Assembly: GCF_009914755.1 (NCBI RefSeq)
Contig: NC_060925.1
DNA from: the human T2T-CHM13v2.0 reference genome, Homo sapiens
Strand: one strand, 5' to 3'
Length of the DNA: 64,000 nt
Every line of letters begins with the position of its first letter. Position 1 is the first letter of the stretch. This document shows, in pieces, positions 39,314 through 52,992 of the stretch. Position numbers and translations under genes: made by a program. A model generated the notes under the pieces. The model searched no databases and was not told where the DNA came from. It saw only the letters and a program-made list of their open reading frames with translations.

Positions 39314-39903
39314 TCCAGTGCTTTGGGAGGCCGAGGCAGTAGGATTGCTTGAGGCCAGGAGTTCCAGACCGACCTGGGCAACATAGCAAGATCCTATCTC
39401 TACAAAAATAAAATAAAACAATTATGTGGGCATAATATCATTCATCTGTGGTCCTAGCTATCTGGTAGACTTTTTTTTTTTCTTTAAAGACAGAATTTCA
39501 CTCTTGTCACCCAGGCTGGAGTGCAATGGCATGATCTTGACTACAACCTCTGCCTCCTGGGTTCAAGCGATTCTCCTGCCTCAGTCTCCTGAGTAGCTGG
39601 GATTACAGGCGTATGCCACCATGCCTGGCTAATTTTTGTATTTTTTAGTGGAGACAGGGTTTCGCCATGTTGGCCAGGCTGTTCTTGAACTCCTGACCTC
39701 AGGTGATCCACCCGCCTCAGGCTCCCAAAGTGCTGGGATTACAGGTGTGAGCCACCGTGCCCGGCCCCCCCAGCTACTTGGGAGGCTAAAATGGGAGGAT
39801 AGCTTGAGCCCAGGAGTTCAAGGCTGCAGTGAGCTATGATCATGCTACTGCACTCCAGCCTGGATGGCAGAGTGAGACCCTATCTCTGAAAAAAAAAAAA
39901 AAA
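39314..39903 (+). mobile_element. AluJ (+) split by an inserted antisense AluS
   Basis: Left arm 39314-39470, right arm 39769-39903 with poly(A). Confidence 0.85.
39471..39766 (-). mobile_element. AluS (Sx/Sq-like), nested in the AluJ
   Basis: Full antisense Alu consensus with poly(T) at 39471. Confidence 0.93.
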
Positions 39904-40636
39904 GCTAAGCAGAGACAACTATGACTGCATACTGCAGAGGAGACAGATTCTACAGATTACATATGGGTAAGTTACTAAATAAATAATGAAAACAAAAATC
40001 AACAATAAGAGTTTAGAGAAATAAACCAGAAAACAAAGTTACTACAATATATTTTGATAATTTTTGATTAATGTCCAGTTGAAAAAATAATTGTGAGATG
40101 TGCAAATACCAGAAAGTGCGGCCCTTACTTAGGAAAAACACAGCCAATATGCATAATCTCTAAGTGAACCCAGATGATAGATTCAGCAGACGAAGACTTC
40201 AAAACAGCTATTATAAACATGTCCAAGGAATTAAAGGAAACTACCTGTAAAGGATTTAAGGAAATTGTGATGAAAATGATTCAAAAAATGGGGAATCTCA
40301 ATAAATACATAAATAGATACTATAAAACTGGAAATCTAGAGTTATAAAACACAATAATGTAAACAAAAAATTTACTAGATGGGATAAATAACGAATTTGG
40401 TATCATGGAATAAGGAATCCAGTAACTTGAAGACAGATAGAAATTATCCCATCTGGAAAACATAGAGAAGAAATATTGAAGAAAAATGTCTCTCAAAGAT
40501 CTGTGGGGCAACACTAACTGTCAATATGCATGTAATGAAAATCCCAGAGGTCAAGGAGAGAGAAGGAAGGCAGTAAAATTATTTGAAGACATAATGGCTG
40601 ACAAATTTGCAAATTTGATAATAAAAACATTAATCT

Positions 40637-40953
<317 letters not shown>

Positions 40954-42388
40954 TCAAGAAATGCAACCATCACCAAGTAGGGTGAATACAAAGACATTTA
41001 CACTTAGATACATCAAAGAGAAACTGTTGAAAACCCAAGAAAACCTTGAAAACAAGAAAAATGACTTATGTACAGGGAGACAATTATATGGTTAACTAAC
41101 AGACTTCTCAAAAACAATGGAGTCAGGAGGTCATGGAATACACATTCAAAGCGCTGAAATAAGAAAAAGGTCAACCAAAAATCTATATTCATCAAAACTA
41201 TCTTGGAGAAATAAAGGTGAAATAAAGACATTCCCAAATAAAGACGGAGAATTTGATGCTAGCAGACCTGCCTTGCAGGAAGTATTAAGGAAGTCCTTCA
41301 GGCTAAAAGGTAATGATACCAGACAGTAACTGGAATCCACAGAAAGAAATGAAGGACATTAGAAGTGGCAAATATAAATGACAGTATAAACATATAATTT
41401 TTAAATAAAAATTTGCTTAGAAGACATAGATTGTTCAAAGCAATGATTGTGATACTGTATGGCTGGGTTTATAAACTATGTAAGATGCCATATAGATGAC
41501 AATAATAGCACAAAGGAAGAACACGGAAATAGAGCTATATTGCAGCAAAGTTGGCTATGTTTTAACAGGATTAAGTCACTGTTAACCTGAAATAAATTGT
41601 AATAAAATGGATATTGTAATCTCTAGAGCAGCCACTAAGAAAATAACTAAAAATATATAGTTAACAGGTGAGTTGATTTGCATAGGGTCACTACACCAAG
41701 CTAGTGCAAGTAAGACACTTTATCTACCTGCCTCAATTTCTCCATATGTCATTTCAGGACATTAATACCAGCCACACATCCTCACTGTTAGGCTCTGTCC
41801 TCCCATACTAGATTTTTCTTAAATTTTTGAAGTAAGCACCCAGCATACTGCAGACTGCTTGGTCTCTGGCCAAAGTTTAAAAAATCTGACATGGCTCATC
41901 AGTGAACTCTCAGTTCTTTCCTTCTCCAAGCAGGACATGGGCTTGGCTGTGCCTGCTGAAGTTGAAGGGCTCATCAGTGATATCAGGGAAGTTAGGTTTC
42001 TCTGGAGACAATGTGAGTATCCTGGGTTTTCCATCCTCTTTCAGAGCAATGAAACCTAGTAGAGACCTTGCATTATACTTCAATCAGCTGATCGTAGCCA
42101 CTTGAATTTCCTGTGGGTTCTAGTTACTCATGAAATGAATTTTAGTACTATCCCATCTACCCCATACACATACACACTGTCCCCTGTCCCCACAGACTTC
42201 ACCCTCTACCTCCAAATCTTATTCTCTGTAGTCCAACATATCAAAATCTGTTCCTCAGTGTCTTAGACTTCTCCACTAGCAAGATACTACTTGCGGTTTA
42301 TTACTCTGTTTAGACTAAGAGTCTGATGCCAGAAGTCAAGGCTTCTGGACTAGCCTACTTCTCACTCATTATTATCTAGAATATAGGC

Positions 42389-42546
42389 CAGTGTTTCTGA
42401 GACTTTAATGTGTATATCAATCACCTGGGAACTTGTTAACTACGGATCCTGATTCAGTAGGTATAGGGAAAAGCCTGAGATTCTGCATTTCTAACATGGT
42501 CTTAGGAGATGGGGATGCTCTGCTGGACCATACTTTGTGTAGCTAG
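42389..42546 (+). mobile_element. MER5A (hAT-Charlie MITE)
   Basis: cagtgtttct...aatcacctggg...tgattcagtaggt...gcctgagattctgcatttctaaca. Confidence 0.8.
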
Positions 42547-43663
42547 TTTCTAGACTAGAGCATAACTATGTTCTAACACCCTTCTTGGAGCTAATATTAA
42601 CACAGCATTAGTTTGAGGGTACAAAAGATAAGAATGGAAAAGAGGATTCTAAACTATAAAAAGCAAAACATTTAAGTAGGGTTCATTTAACTTCAAAATG
42701 TAAAGTTTTAAAAAACTTTAATATTAATTCGTTTTGTTCTGTTGTGTCTGAGTTTTACTATAACCATGTTTACTCCTGTCTCTCTTTCAGCAGAATTAAA
42801 TATTATACAGATTCATCTTGAAGCCCTTCCAAAGGAGTGTGTTGATTGAGATAACAAAAATAACATATTTATCCATCCAACCATCTGTGCAGCCATCTGT
42901 TTAACCATCCATTTCACCATCTCTCCATTCATCTACATTTCTAGGGTCCACTATGTTACAACTATGCTGTGAAGGATGTAGGTGTTAATGAGACAGTTCT
43001 TGCCCCCAAGGAATTTCATCTCTTATAGAAATGACACAATTCTTGGAATATATTCTCAAGGACAGTATTAATGTAAGGCCCTAAATGTTGTCAGAGTGCT
43101 AGTTAAGTACTTGGCTGTAAACTTGAGTCCATAAGATCATTCAACAATGCAAACAGTACCATCAATAAGGTAAACAAAACAGAATTTTATTTCCTGGATA
43201 ATGAACTTACTCCTGTCTATTTTAATACAGGGTCAACTTGATTTTTTTTAAAAAAGTTGGAAGTGTAGCTTCTTCACTTTCAGCAAGACATATTCTTTTC
43301 TTTAGTGCAGGCAAAAATAAAGAGAATATGCAGAGATGTCTTAAGGAGGTAGGTATTACCAGCGTAGAGGCTGGTGTTGATTTGTTTGGGTCAGGAAGCT
43401 CTTTAGAGATGGCAAAAACTCTGAGATGTTTCCAGAGTACAGAGTAGACTCAGAACATTTTAAAGTTCATGTCACTTATTTTCTTCCAGAGAGGTTAAGT
43501 CAAATAATCTATTGAAAGCACATTCAGGATTTCTGCTCTCAGTCTCTTCCTCCCAGAAAAATCTGTGTAGTTTAGTAGCGTTTCTAGTAGTATTTTTTTT
43601 ATTTTGTTCCCTTTCTTTGCTTTACATCTGCTATGATTACATTTATTTTATATGAAAACATTC

Positions 43664-43833
43664 TTTTATTTTGTTTTATTATTATTATACTTTAAATTTT
43701 AGGGTACATGTGCACAATGTGCAGGTTAGTTACATATGTATACATGTGCCATGCTGGTGTGCTGCACCCGTTAACTCGTCATTTAGCATTAGGTATATCT
43801 CCTAATGCTATCCCTCCCCCCCTCCCCCCACCC
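43664..43833 (-). mobile_element. Young L1PA (L1PA2/3-like) 3' end, about 170 bp, 5'-truncated
   Basis: tttagggtacatgtgcacaatgtgcaggttagttacatatgtatacatgtgccatgctggtgtgctgcaccc...ccctcccccc. Confidence 0.93.
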
Positions 43834-43836
43834 GTA

Positions 43837-43879
43837 TTTTTTTTTTTAAGATTAGTCAAGTGCAGTAGTGAGAAGGGGG
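43837..43879 (-). pseudogene. Y1 RNA (RNY1) 3'-fragment retrocopy with poly(A)
   Basis: Minus strand CCCCCTTCTCACTACTGCACTTGACTAATCTT-A11 versus the recalled hY1 3' end CCCCCCTTCTCACTACTGCACTTGACTAGTCTTTT (one mismatch). Confidence 0.85.
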
Positions 43880-43919
43880 TCTACTAGTATTTTCATTAAG
43901 GCCAATTAATCCTAAAAAC

Positions 43920-44870
43920 TCACACCATAGCAAGGATATGGAATCAACCTAAGTGTGCATCAATGGATAAATAAATAAAATGTGGTATATATACACAATG
44001 GAATACTATTTGGCCACAAAAAAGAATGAAATCTTGTCATTTGAAGCAACATGGATGGAACTGGAGACCACTGTGTTAGTGAAATAAACCAGAAACAGAA
44101 AGACTAGTATCACATGTTCTCACTCATATGCAGGAGCTAAAAAAGTGGATCTCGTGGAGGTAGAGAGTAGAATGATAGTTAAAAGAGGCTGTAAAGTGTG
44201 TGGATATGTGTGGGGGCATAAAGAGAGATTGGTTAATGGGTGAAAACATACAGTTAGCTAGAAGGAATAAGTTCTAATGTTTAATAGCAGAGTAGGGTGA
44301 CTATAGTTAGCAATAATTCAAAATAGCTGGAAGCAAGGACTTGAAATGTTCCTAACACATAGATATGATAAATACTCAAGATGATGGAGATGCTAAACAC
44401 TCTGATCATTACACATTCTGTGCATGTAAATAAAATATCACATGTACCTCGTGATATGGTTTGGCTGTGTCCCCACCCAAATCTCATATTGAACTGTAGT
44501 TTGTATAATCCCCACATGTCATGAGAGGGACCCAGTGGGAGGTAATTAAATCATGGGGGTGGTTACCTCCATGCTGTTCTCATGATAGTGAGTGAGTTCT
44601 TACAAGATCTGATGGTTTTATGAGGGGCTTTTCCTCCACTTCACTCTGCACTTCTCCTTGCTGCCACCATATGAAGAAGTATGTGTTTGCTTCCCCTTCC
44701 ACCATGATTGTAAGTTTCCTGAGGCCTCCCAAGCCCAACGGAACTGTGAGTCAATTAAACCTCTTTCCTTTATAAATTACCCAGTCTTGGGTATGTCTTT
44801 ATTAGCAGCATGAGAATGGACTAATATACCCCATAAATATGTACCAATGTGTATTAATAAAAAAATGAAA
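43920..44870 (+). mobile_element. L1MA-type 3' end, interrupted by a THE1 LTR
   Basis: atggaatcaacctaagtgt...aaaatgtggtatatatacacaatggaatactat...gcaacatggatggaactggag; resumes as ccccataaatatgtac after the LTR. Confidence 0.88.
44452..44828 (+). mobile_element. THE1 (MaLR) solo LTR
   Basis: tgatatggtttggctgtgtccccacccaaatctcat ... ttattagcagcatgagaatggactaatata. Confidence 0.93.
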
Positions 44871-45715
44871 AGTTAATACACATTTGATGATATTGATCAA
44901 CACCTTCTGACTTATCAATACTGCTCCCACAGGTCAGCTTCCCCATCACCATTCCTTCCTTTTCCTTCACACACACACACTTTCACCTGTTACAGGCTTG
45001 TACAAATTGGAAAGTCTTAGCTCTGCAAGTAACTTCAAAGGGACAGACAAAACTGTAAATAAATATACACTTCATCAAAACACCCATGATGGGGCAGAAG
45101 AAGAGACTAACACATACTGGAGGATATTCAATAGTTCTTACCTCTCTGCTCTGCCTGGCCAGCCCCTTCTCATATACCCTGTGACTTCTTTCCATGCTCA
45201 ACCCCCTTCTCTCAACTCCTTGTTTGTTCCCACCATGGGGAGAGAAGTTAGTTTGAGTGGTCAGAGTTTGGGACTGTAGATTGAGCCATGTGGACTAGTG
45301 AGCAAGGTTACTGTACCTTAAAATGCATAGACTTCTTTTTCCCTCCTCCTTCTCACAGTTGGATGAATTAGCAGATTCTAGATGACTCTGTTGTCTTACC
45401 TTCTCTTCAACTGCCTATACCAGTTCTTCCTGCCTATCCCAGCCAAAGCAATAAGATGTTCAGATGGACATTTGGGGTCAAAGGGCCCATTGTAACCTTT
45501 ACCAGGCATTGCATTTGGTGTTAACCTGCGTAAAACTAGTAATAAGTGGTATTTTGATTTTTATTTATTATTCCTTTCATGGACAGCTCCCCCAGGAACT
45601 CCAGTGGAAGGGAAGATAAGCAGAACAGGATTTGGGCATTCCTGGGTCTCTGGCCATGAAAATGATTCATATCCTATTCTAACCTTGCTAATGCTGGGGA
45701 TAGAAAATAGAATAG

Positions 45716-46290
45716 TGTATCAGTTAGGGTTCAGTGCAGGAAAAAGAGCCACTTTAGGTATTTTATGCAAGATGTGATTTAATGCAGGAAATTAGCTGCT
45801 AGTAAAAGTCATTGGAAAGGTGGGAGGAGAAAAATCCTTACTCCAAGAATAACACAGCAACTCCTAACCCCTATGGAAGTTACCATCTCTGAAGCTACCC
45901 CTGGAAATTTTGAGTAGAAGTAGAAGAACTCACCACCCCATAGTCAAGACCTGCATTGCACAATCTGAATGACACCTTCAAGGATCAGAAAGCCAGATTA
46001 AGAAACTACAATCCCCACTGCCTCTATTGCCACTACTTTCTACACAACGAAGCTGGATAATAGACACTGCAACCTTGCTATAGAAATAGCTCCTGTCTCC
46101 AAGATAATGTTGGCCAGAAGAAAACCAGTCTAAAAGGGGCAGGGAAAAGGCCTCTACCTCATTTCTGCCTTCTGTATTTTGCACAAGTGCATCTATTTGG
46201 TGGGACAAAATTTGTATCTACACCCTAGGTGCAAAAACATCTGGAAATGCAGCTTTTAAGTTTTCCAGATTCTGCGGTGCGGACAGGCAA
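45716..46290 (-). mobile_element. Ancient LTR fragment, family uncertain
   Basis: Begins tgtatcagttagggttcagtgcagg, the reverse complement of a typical old LTR 3' end. Confidence 0.4.
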
Positions 46291-48035
46291 TCTGAAGGAG
46301 AGAAAAAAAGGAAGTAAATGCAGGATAATGTGGATATGTTATTTTATACTTAAAAATATGTGCTTTATTTGTTTCATGCTCAAGAACAACCTAGAAAATA
46401 ATCAACAGTATAAAGAATGTGATAAATATCAGATGATTTTTGTAAGTAATATAAATCTTCTAAAGCAACCTGAAGTCAAAAAGGAGTACTTACGAGAAGG
46501 GCATGGGAATATCTCCTGGAATAATGAGAAAATTTAGAAGGAGACAAGGGCAGCTACCTGGGTTCTTAATGGTCTTCCAATTCTTGTTTCAGGCTGCTGT
46601 GAGGTTCTGCCATTCATCTTGTCCTCTTCCTGGGACTGAGTGGATACTTGTGCCATTTTTCAAGATCAAGAATATGGAAAAAATGACTCCTTAGCTCTTC
46701 CTATCCCTGAGATTCCTCGACTTTGTAATCTATCAATTACACAATTCTCCAATGTTTAATAATTTTGAGCCTCAAGAAAGACATACATTTTGTAACTTCA
46801 AAAATCATGCTTACATAAAGCTCAATGTTTTAAAACCAGCCAAACAAAAAATAATATAGCAGAAGTCTGGGATGGGTGAGGAGGACAGTCAGATGGTCAG
46901 CTGAAAATATAATAATTCAGGACCAGAGAGATGGGCCTGGGAGCAGTTGGCACAGATGTGGTTGTTGGGGCCCACTGGGGCTTAAGGGAGTATTAGACCA
47001 TATTTCTCTTTCTCTCTCTGAGTTAAGGACCAAGACAGAAATAAATACAAATACCAATAGATGGAGATCAATATATCTATTTCAATAGTAACAAGGCTGG
47101 CTTAGATCTGTTGCCACAGTGGGGTTTCCTAAAGCTCTCTTCAGATTTAAAATTACTAAAGTTATTCCTGTTATTCCTCAGACCTACAGTTCAGTGTAGT
47201 ATATAGAGAAGAGCAGAATTTGTGATTTCCGCAGGCAGGCTGGTACAAAAAGAGAGAGGACAGGCCACATGGGAACCATGGACTTTAACATTTCAACCTC
47301 TCCCCTATAAGGGACTATGTAAAAATAGGAGTCAGATAAATTACTTCTCCCATGGGAGAAAGGAGGGGTTCATTCAGTAGGGTTCTTTCAATACTATTCT
47401 TTCTTGGGAATGGAAGTTCTTTATCCTGAAACATGAAGACAGGAGCATAACATTTCCTCTAATAGAACTGTAATCATTGATGTGAATATCTGGGAAACCA
47501 AGAATAGAAGAGGACAAAATAAAGAGTCTGGAGAAGTCTCCAAAATACACTAATACAAAACATTGACAGAACAAATGTGGTCAAAGAAGCAGGTGGAGAA
47601 CCAGAAAGGAAAACAAAAACAAACAAACAAACAAAAAACAATGTTCAAGAAATGAAGGGAAGAAAGAATTGAAGGAATGGAGGGAGTAGATGGTGGAAAG
47701 TGTGAGTTTCTATGGAAAACAGATGGTAAAGGATTAAGAAGCTTATGAGTTTAAAATCTTTAAATTTTAAAAAGAGCTGTATTGATGTATACTTGACATA
47801 TAATAAACTGCACATGTTAATAGCACAAGTTTTAGCCTTGAGCAGGAGTAGGGACAATTCTTCCTCTGACACAGAAATGGAGGAAATGAGGGCTAGTTCT
47901 ATAAACAAGTAAGTTGAAAGTCAAAAGGAGCAATATTAGAAGATTTGAGACTTGATGGTTTCTTTCCTAGTGAAAAGGTTGAATCATCAGATTGAAATGA
48001 GAAGCATTAAGTGTGGGATTAGAGGGGCTAAGGAT

Positions 48036-48565
48036 ATGTGGTAGAGACTTTTTGAGGCTTAACCCAAATACGTTATCTTCTTCATCCCTTGTAAGAGCCT
48101 TGATTTTGTTTAGGTTGGCAACAAGCATGGTTAAAAGACTGCATTTCCCAGCTTTTCTTACAACAAAATGTCATGTGATTAAGTTACAGCCAGTGGGATG
48201 TCAACAGAAGTGCTGTATGGGACTTGCGAGAAGGCTTCTTAAGTGGAGATAACTCAGCTTTCAGTGTGCCCTACTTGCTCTGTTATTATTTCACCTTCTT
48301 GCTGTCTAGAATGTGAAAATGATGACTGGTGCACTGGCAGCCATTTTGGATCATGAGATCATCTTGAGGATAGAAGCCATCTGCTGAGAATGACAGAGCA
48401 AAAATATACTAGGTTCTGATGATTTTGTGGTACCTGTATAGCACACTTGGATTGTCAGCCTCTGAATTTCTTTCAACCTGATTGAGAAATAAACTTTTAG
48501 CATATCTGGACCACTGTTATTTGGGTTTCAGTGATATGTACTCAAATACAATCCTAGCTGAAATA
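48036..48565 (+). mobile_element. MaLR LTR (MLT1H/I/J-like)
   Basis: ctgcatttcccagc...gccagtgggatgt.a.cagaagtg...gcagccattttggatcatgag...gaaataaact...ccactgttatttgggttt. Confidence 0.75.
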
Positions 48566-49829
48566 TGACCATGTTAAAGTTATGGTGAGTGGAAAAGGGA
48601 ACTTACTAGGGTCCAGTGAAGGGATTCATGAGCTGAGGCTTCAGCTGACAAAGTCATGAATCTGCAAGGTATGTGCTTTTCTCTACTCTTGGCAGTCAGG
48701 GATCAGAGGCAGAGGCACAGGCTTGCTGGATTCCCGAAGGGTTCAGAGCCATTCAAGCAGATGGAGCAGAGTGATAGTTGAGAGAGGAACTGCAGAAACA
48801 GTTGTCAATGGGTTTGAAGAATTTGATCTTGGGATCCAGGTTGGACAGGAAAGAAAGTGAAGCCAGATGAGGAGTGAGGTCCTGAGAATACTGAATCCTT
48901 GAAGGTTTGGGGACGGTTTTATGGTCTACAGGTAAAATTTCATGACATTGTGGTGAGGCTGGGAGATTTTGAAGTCTAATATTTTTGTGGTGAAATCAAG
49001 GCAACGGTAATGCTGAGGCCTGGGTGTGGCCATGGGAGTCAGGAGATGGCTGCAGTGGAATGGAGATGAAGCTATTGGCATAAAGCAGGGCCAGAAGATG
49101 CGGGCCTTGTCTGAATGGAGGATGACTGTTCATAAAAATGACACAGTGGGATATCAATTTGAAATCCGTTAAAGTAACTGACACCAAGAGGAACAACAGC
49201 TTCAGCTCTAATCTCAAAGCAGGCAGGTCTCATGGAAAGATTTTGGGAAGAAGTTCAAAATAGACTGATGGGTGATTTAAACAGGGCAGCTAGAGGGCAT
49301 GGTAAGCGGAAGGCATTAACCACCCCCTCAACAAAAATCCAATGACTGAATCTCCAATTAAGCAAACGGAGCCGAAAGATGTCTAGCCAAACATCCCTAA
49401 GGTGGACAGCGACTTTGCGAAAGGCACCAGCAAATTACATTTCACATTTTCTGTTCAGCCATTTTCTGAAACACAAACAATATTTCAATTAGTGTCACAA
49501 AGAAAGGTTCATTCCTGTTAAAATAAGTGATTCTTCTATAGCTTTCAGGGATATGATGCTGAAGAAGAAAAGTACAGACCTGGAACAGTAATGCTGTGTG
49601 TGTTTTTGGAGAAATCATCATTGGTTTTGTATTGATTTGTGCAAAAGAAAGTGTAATTTAATGAAATACATAATGTTCTCAGCCAGGATAACACATCAGC
49701 CTGGAAATGGGGAAAAAATAGCTAGTAGATTAAATTCTACAGATGATGGCTAAATAAGTGAGCTGTGCTTCTAGAGTGGTGGCCATTAACCTTTCCATCA
49801 TGAGGACACCATGTCTCAGTGTAACATGG

Positions 49830-50000
49830 GGATAACAGTGAGTTCTATTATCAGACTACCTGACTTTGAATCCCTGCCCTTTTGGATATTAACTAGGGGT
49901 CCCTGGGCAAGTTATCTAATCTCTACATGTCTCAGTTTCCTTATCTATAGAAGAAGAATAATAAGTCAGTCACCTTAGTGAATTGTAGAGAGTAAGTGCT
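49830..50000 (+). mobile_element. MIR fragment
   Basis: ccctgggcaagttatctaatctct..tg.ctcagtttccttatctata. Confidence 0.75.
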
Positions 50001-50759
50001 CAGCTACACATCACCTATATCTATATATCTATATCTACGTAAACATTTTATAGATTCTAAGATGAGAATAGTTGTATATTAGGATCTCTAGACTGAGAAA
50101 ATATGTATAATATCTACTTCTGGTTAGATGTAAAAATAGGAACCTTCTATACCCATGGTAACTCCAGGATCAAACAAAGATCATAGGTATGAACGGGACT
50201 ACCAAAGAGTAAATGTAAGGAAGCCTTGATGAACTGACTTCAACAGAGAAGCGTTCTTCACCGGCAAGCAGGGAGCTACAGGGGTTTCCAGGTGGCGAAC
50301 TCTGGATCTGGGTATGAGTGGGAAGAAAGAAAGTTGACAAAGATCAAAAGACTTTGCTGGGGAGAAGAGACATCCATCAAGCTACTGGTGATGGTGGGGC
50401 AAGTATGACACTGGACTCTGAAAGTGCCCTGAATGATCAGCCGGATGCTTCTCCTCAACCCCTACCTGAATTGCTACTAATACGGCACTGGCAGAACTGA
50501 AAACCAGAAGGAATTCATGGATTATTTCCATGGTTCCTGGAACCAGGAGACTGCAGTCATTGAATCCAAGGATGGAACTGAAACCCAGCCACCCTGGCTC
50601 AAATGCTAATAAAAGCAAAGAAGTTAGGTAGCTGCTGCTGCAGCTACAGCACAACTAGGGACTGGGCTAACTAAGGTAAGCTCAATCTTAATAAAGCTGA
50701 GGCCTATCCCAGTGAAACGTGATGCTGAGTGAATACTGGATGCTCACTTCCTCACCTTA

Positions 50760-51800
50760 GCTACCAGACATAGGAAAGAGCTTGCACGCACTAGAAAAAA
50801 AATCAAATCTTACAATCTCCACTATATTTTTATATACAATAAAAAATAAGACATGTGGAGAAAAAAACCAAAATGGTCAGTAGCAGACCCATAGATGATC
50901 CACATGTTAGAACTAGCAGAGAAGAATTTCAAACAACCTTTATGAATATGTTTAATGAACTATAGGAAAAAGAAGGAAAGAATGGGTGAACAGATGAGTA
51001 GTCTCAGCAGAAAGTGGACACTGTGAAGAAAGCCAAATGAAAATTCTAGAACTAGAGATACACTCTTTGAGAGAAAAAATAAATCGGATTTGTTTAACAG
51101 CAGAATGGGAACTGCAAAAGAAAGGATCGGTGAACTTAAGGAAAGTAAGTAGAAATTATTCAAAATGAATAATGGCCAAAACTTTTTCCAACTTTTATTA
51201 TGGAAAACATTAATCATCAAATCCACGAATCTCACCCCCTGCAGGATAAATACAGAGAAAGTCATACTTATGTGCACCATAGTCAGATTGTTAAAATATA
51301 AGCATAAAGAGAAAATTCCAAATGAATTCAGAGAACATTCCAGGGAACAATAAGAATTATAGCAGACTTATTAAAAATGATGTCTACCAGAATGACGTAT
51401 TTAAAGCACTACAAATACAATAAAGTAAGGAAAACAGTCAAAAGATTGGAAAAGAAAAAATAAAACTATATTCACAAATGACATGATTGTGTACATAGAA
51501 TATACAAAGGAATCTACAAAAAGCTCTCACTATTGAATCTATTAAGTGAATTCAGCAAGGTAGCAGAATACAAGGTTAATATATAAAATTAAATGAATCT
51601 CACACAATTAGAAATAAAATATGCCATTTGTAATATCAATATATTTATAATAATACTAAATATTAAAAGAAACATGTATAAAACTAAATACTAAATCCTA
51701 AATAATACTAAATATTAAAAGAAACGTGTGCAAAACCTGTATAATAGAAACTATAAAACATTACCGAGGGAAATTAAAGAAGACCTAAATAAATGGCAGT
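50760..51800 (+). mobile_element. Old L1 ORF1/ORF2 remnants, with a 36-bp duplication at 51649-51684 and 51701-51736
   Basis: tattcacaaatgacatgattgtgtacatagaa (RT 'ADDMIVY' region); gaaattaaagaagacctaaataaatgg. Confidence 0.8.
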
Positions 51801-52270
51801 AAAATAGTAGATGGGAAATCAAAGAGGGAGATTCTGGGTGAAGGAATTTTCCAATTAGAGTCAGCATCTATCCTAGGGACATTTCAGAAATTCTTCAGGA
51901 ATTGTGAAGTTTTCAATAGAGTGCTTCAGAGCTGGGGAACACAGACAGGGACCCTCAATGACTCATAAGACCACGAATTCTGTTATACTTCTAGCCTCAG
52001 TCCCATATTCTCATTTCAGAGTAAAGACTAGAACTAATGGATTTTGAATTTATAAGCCGTTGAGAGTGGATGATCCATCCATTCATCCAACCAACTATTG
52101 AACATGTACTTCCTGTTTCCTTTGGAGTCATTTGAAGAAGGGAGCTGAAAAGAGCTTAGCTTATGTCTACCCCAGCATCATCACTGGCCATGACTTCTAG
52201 TAGTGTAAAACTTAAGGTTTCCTGAAGGGCTGTGACCAAAAATTTGTCTCTTCTGCTCTATGTCATTTCT

Positions 52271-52576
<306 letters not shown>

Positions 52577-52992
52577 TCTGTGTCATTTCTGAAAGCTGAC
52601 ACTGTACCATTGAGATTTGACTCTGTTGGGTCAAGGTATTGTTCCCTGCTAGTAAATAAGTTTTCCTATCATGATTAATATACTGATTTTACATTAATAA
52701 CTAAAGTCTACTTATATAATTTTGCAGTATACTGAGAGCACTGATCTTCACAGGAAAACTCAGCATATTAGGAATACTTGTTTTAATATTTAAATCTATT
52801 TAAAACTGAATATTATTTTTGAATAGTTAATGACTTCCTATGGTTCATAATTTGGAAGTTCAAAATGATATATAGTAAAAATTCTCTCTCATTATTATAG
52901 ACACTGTAGCTTTTCTCAGGGATTAGCAATGTGTTACTGGTTTTTTGTGTTTACCTCCAAACATATTCTATGCATTTAACAGTACGTAGATG

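Noticed and set aside
44905-44938. Third AG|GT junction (cccacag|gtcagc)
   Set aside because: Weak pyrimidine tract and suboptimal donor.
49530-49593. Possible 39-nt micro-exon with a GAAGAAGAA enhancer
   Set aside because: The donor ACA|GTAATG is weak; internal GNG12-AS1 exons cannot be placed without transcript data (likewise the acceptors near 10146, 29802 and 42790).
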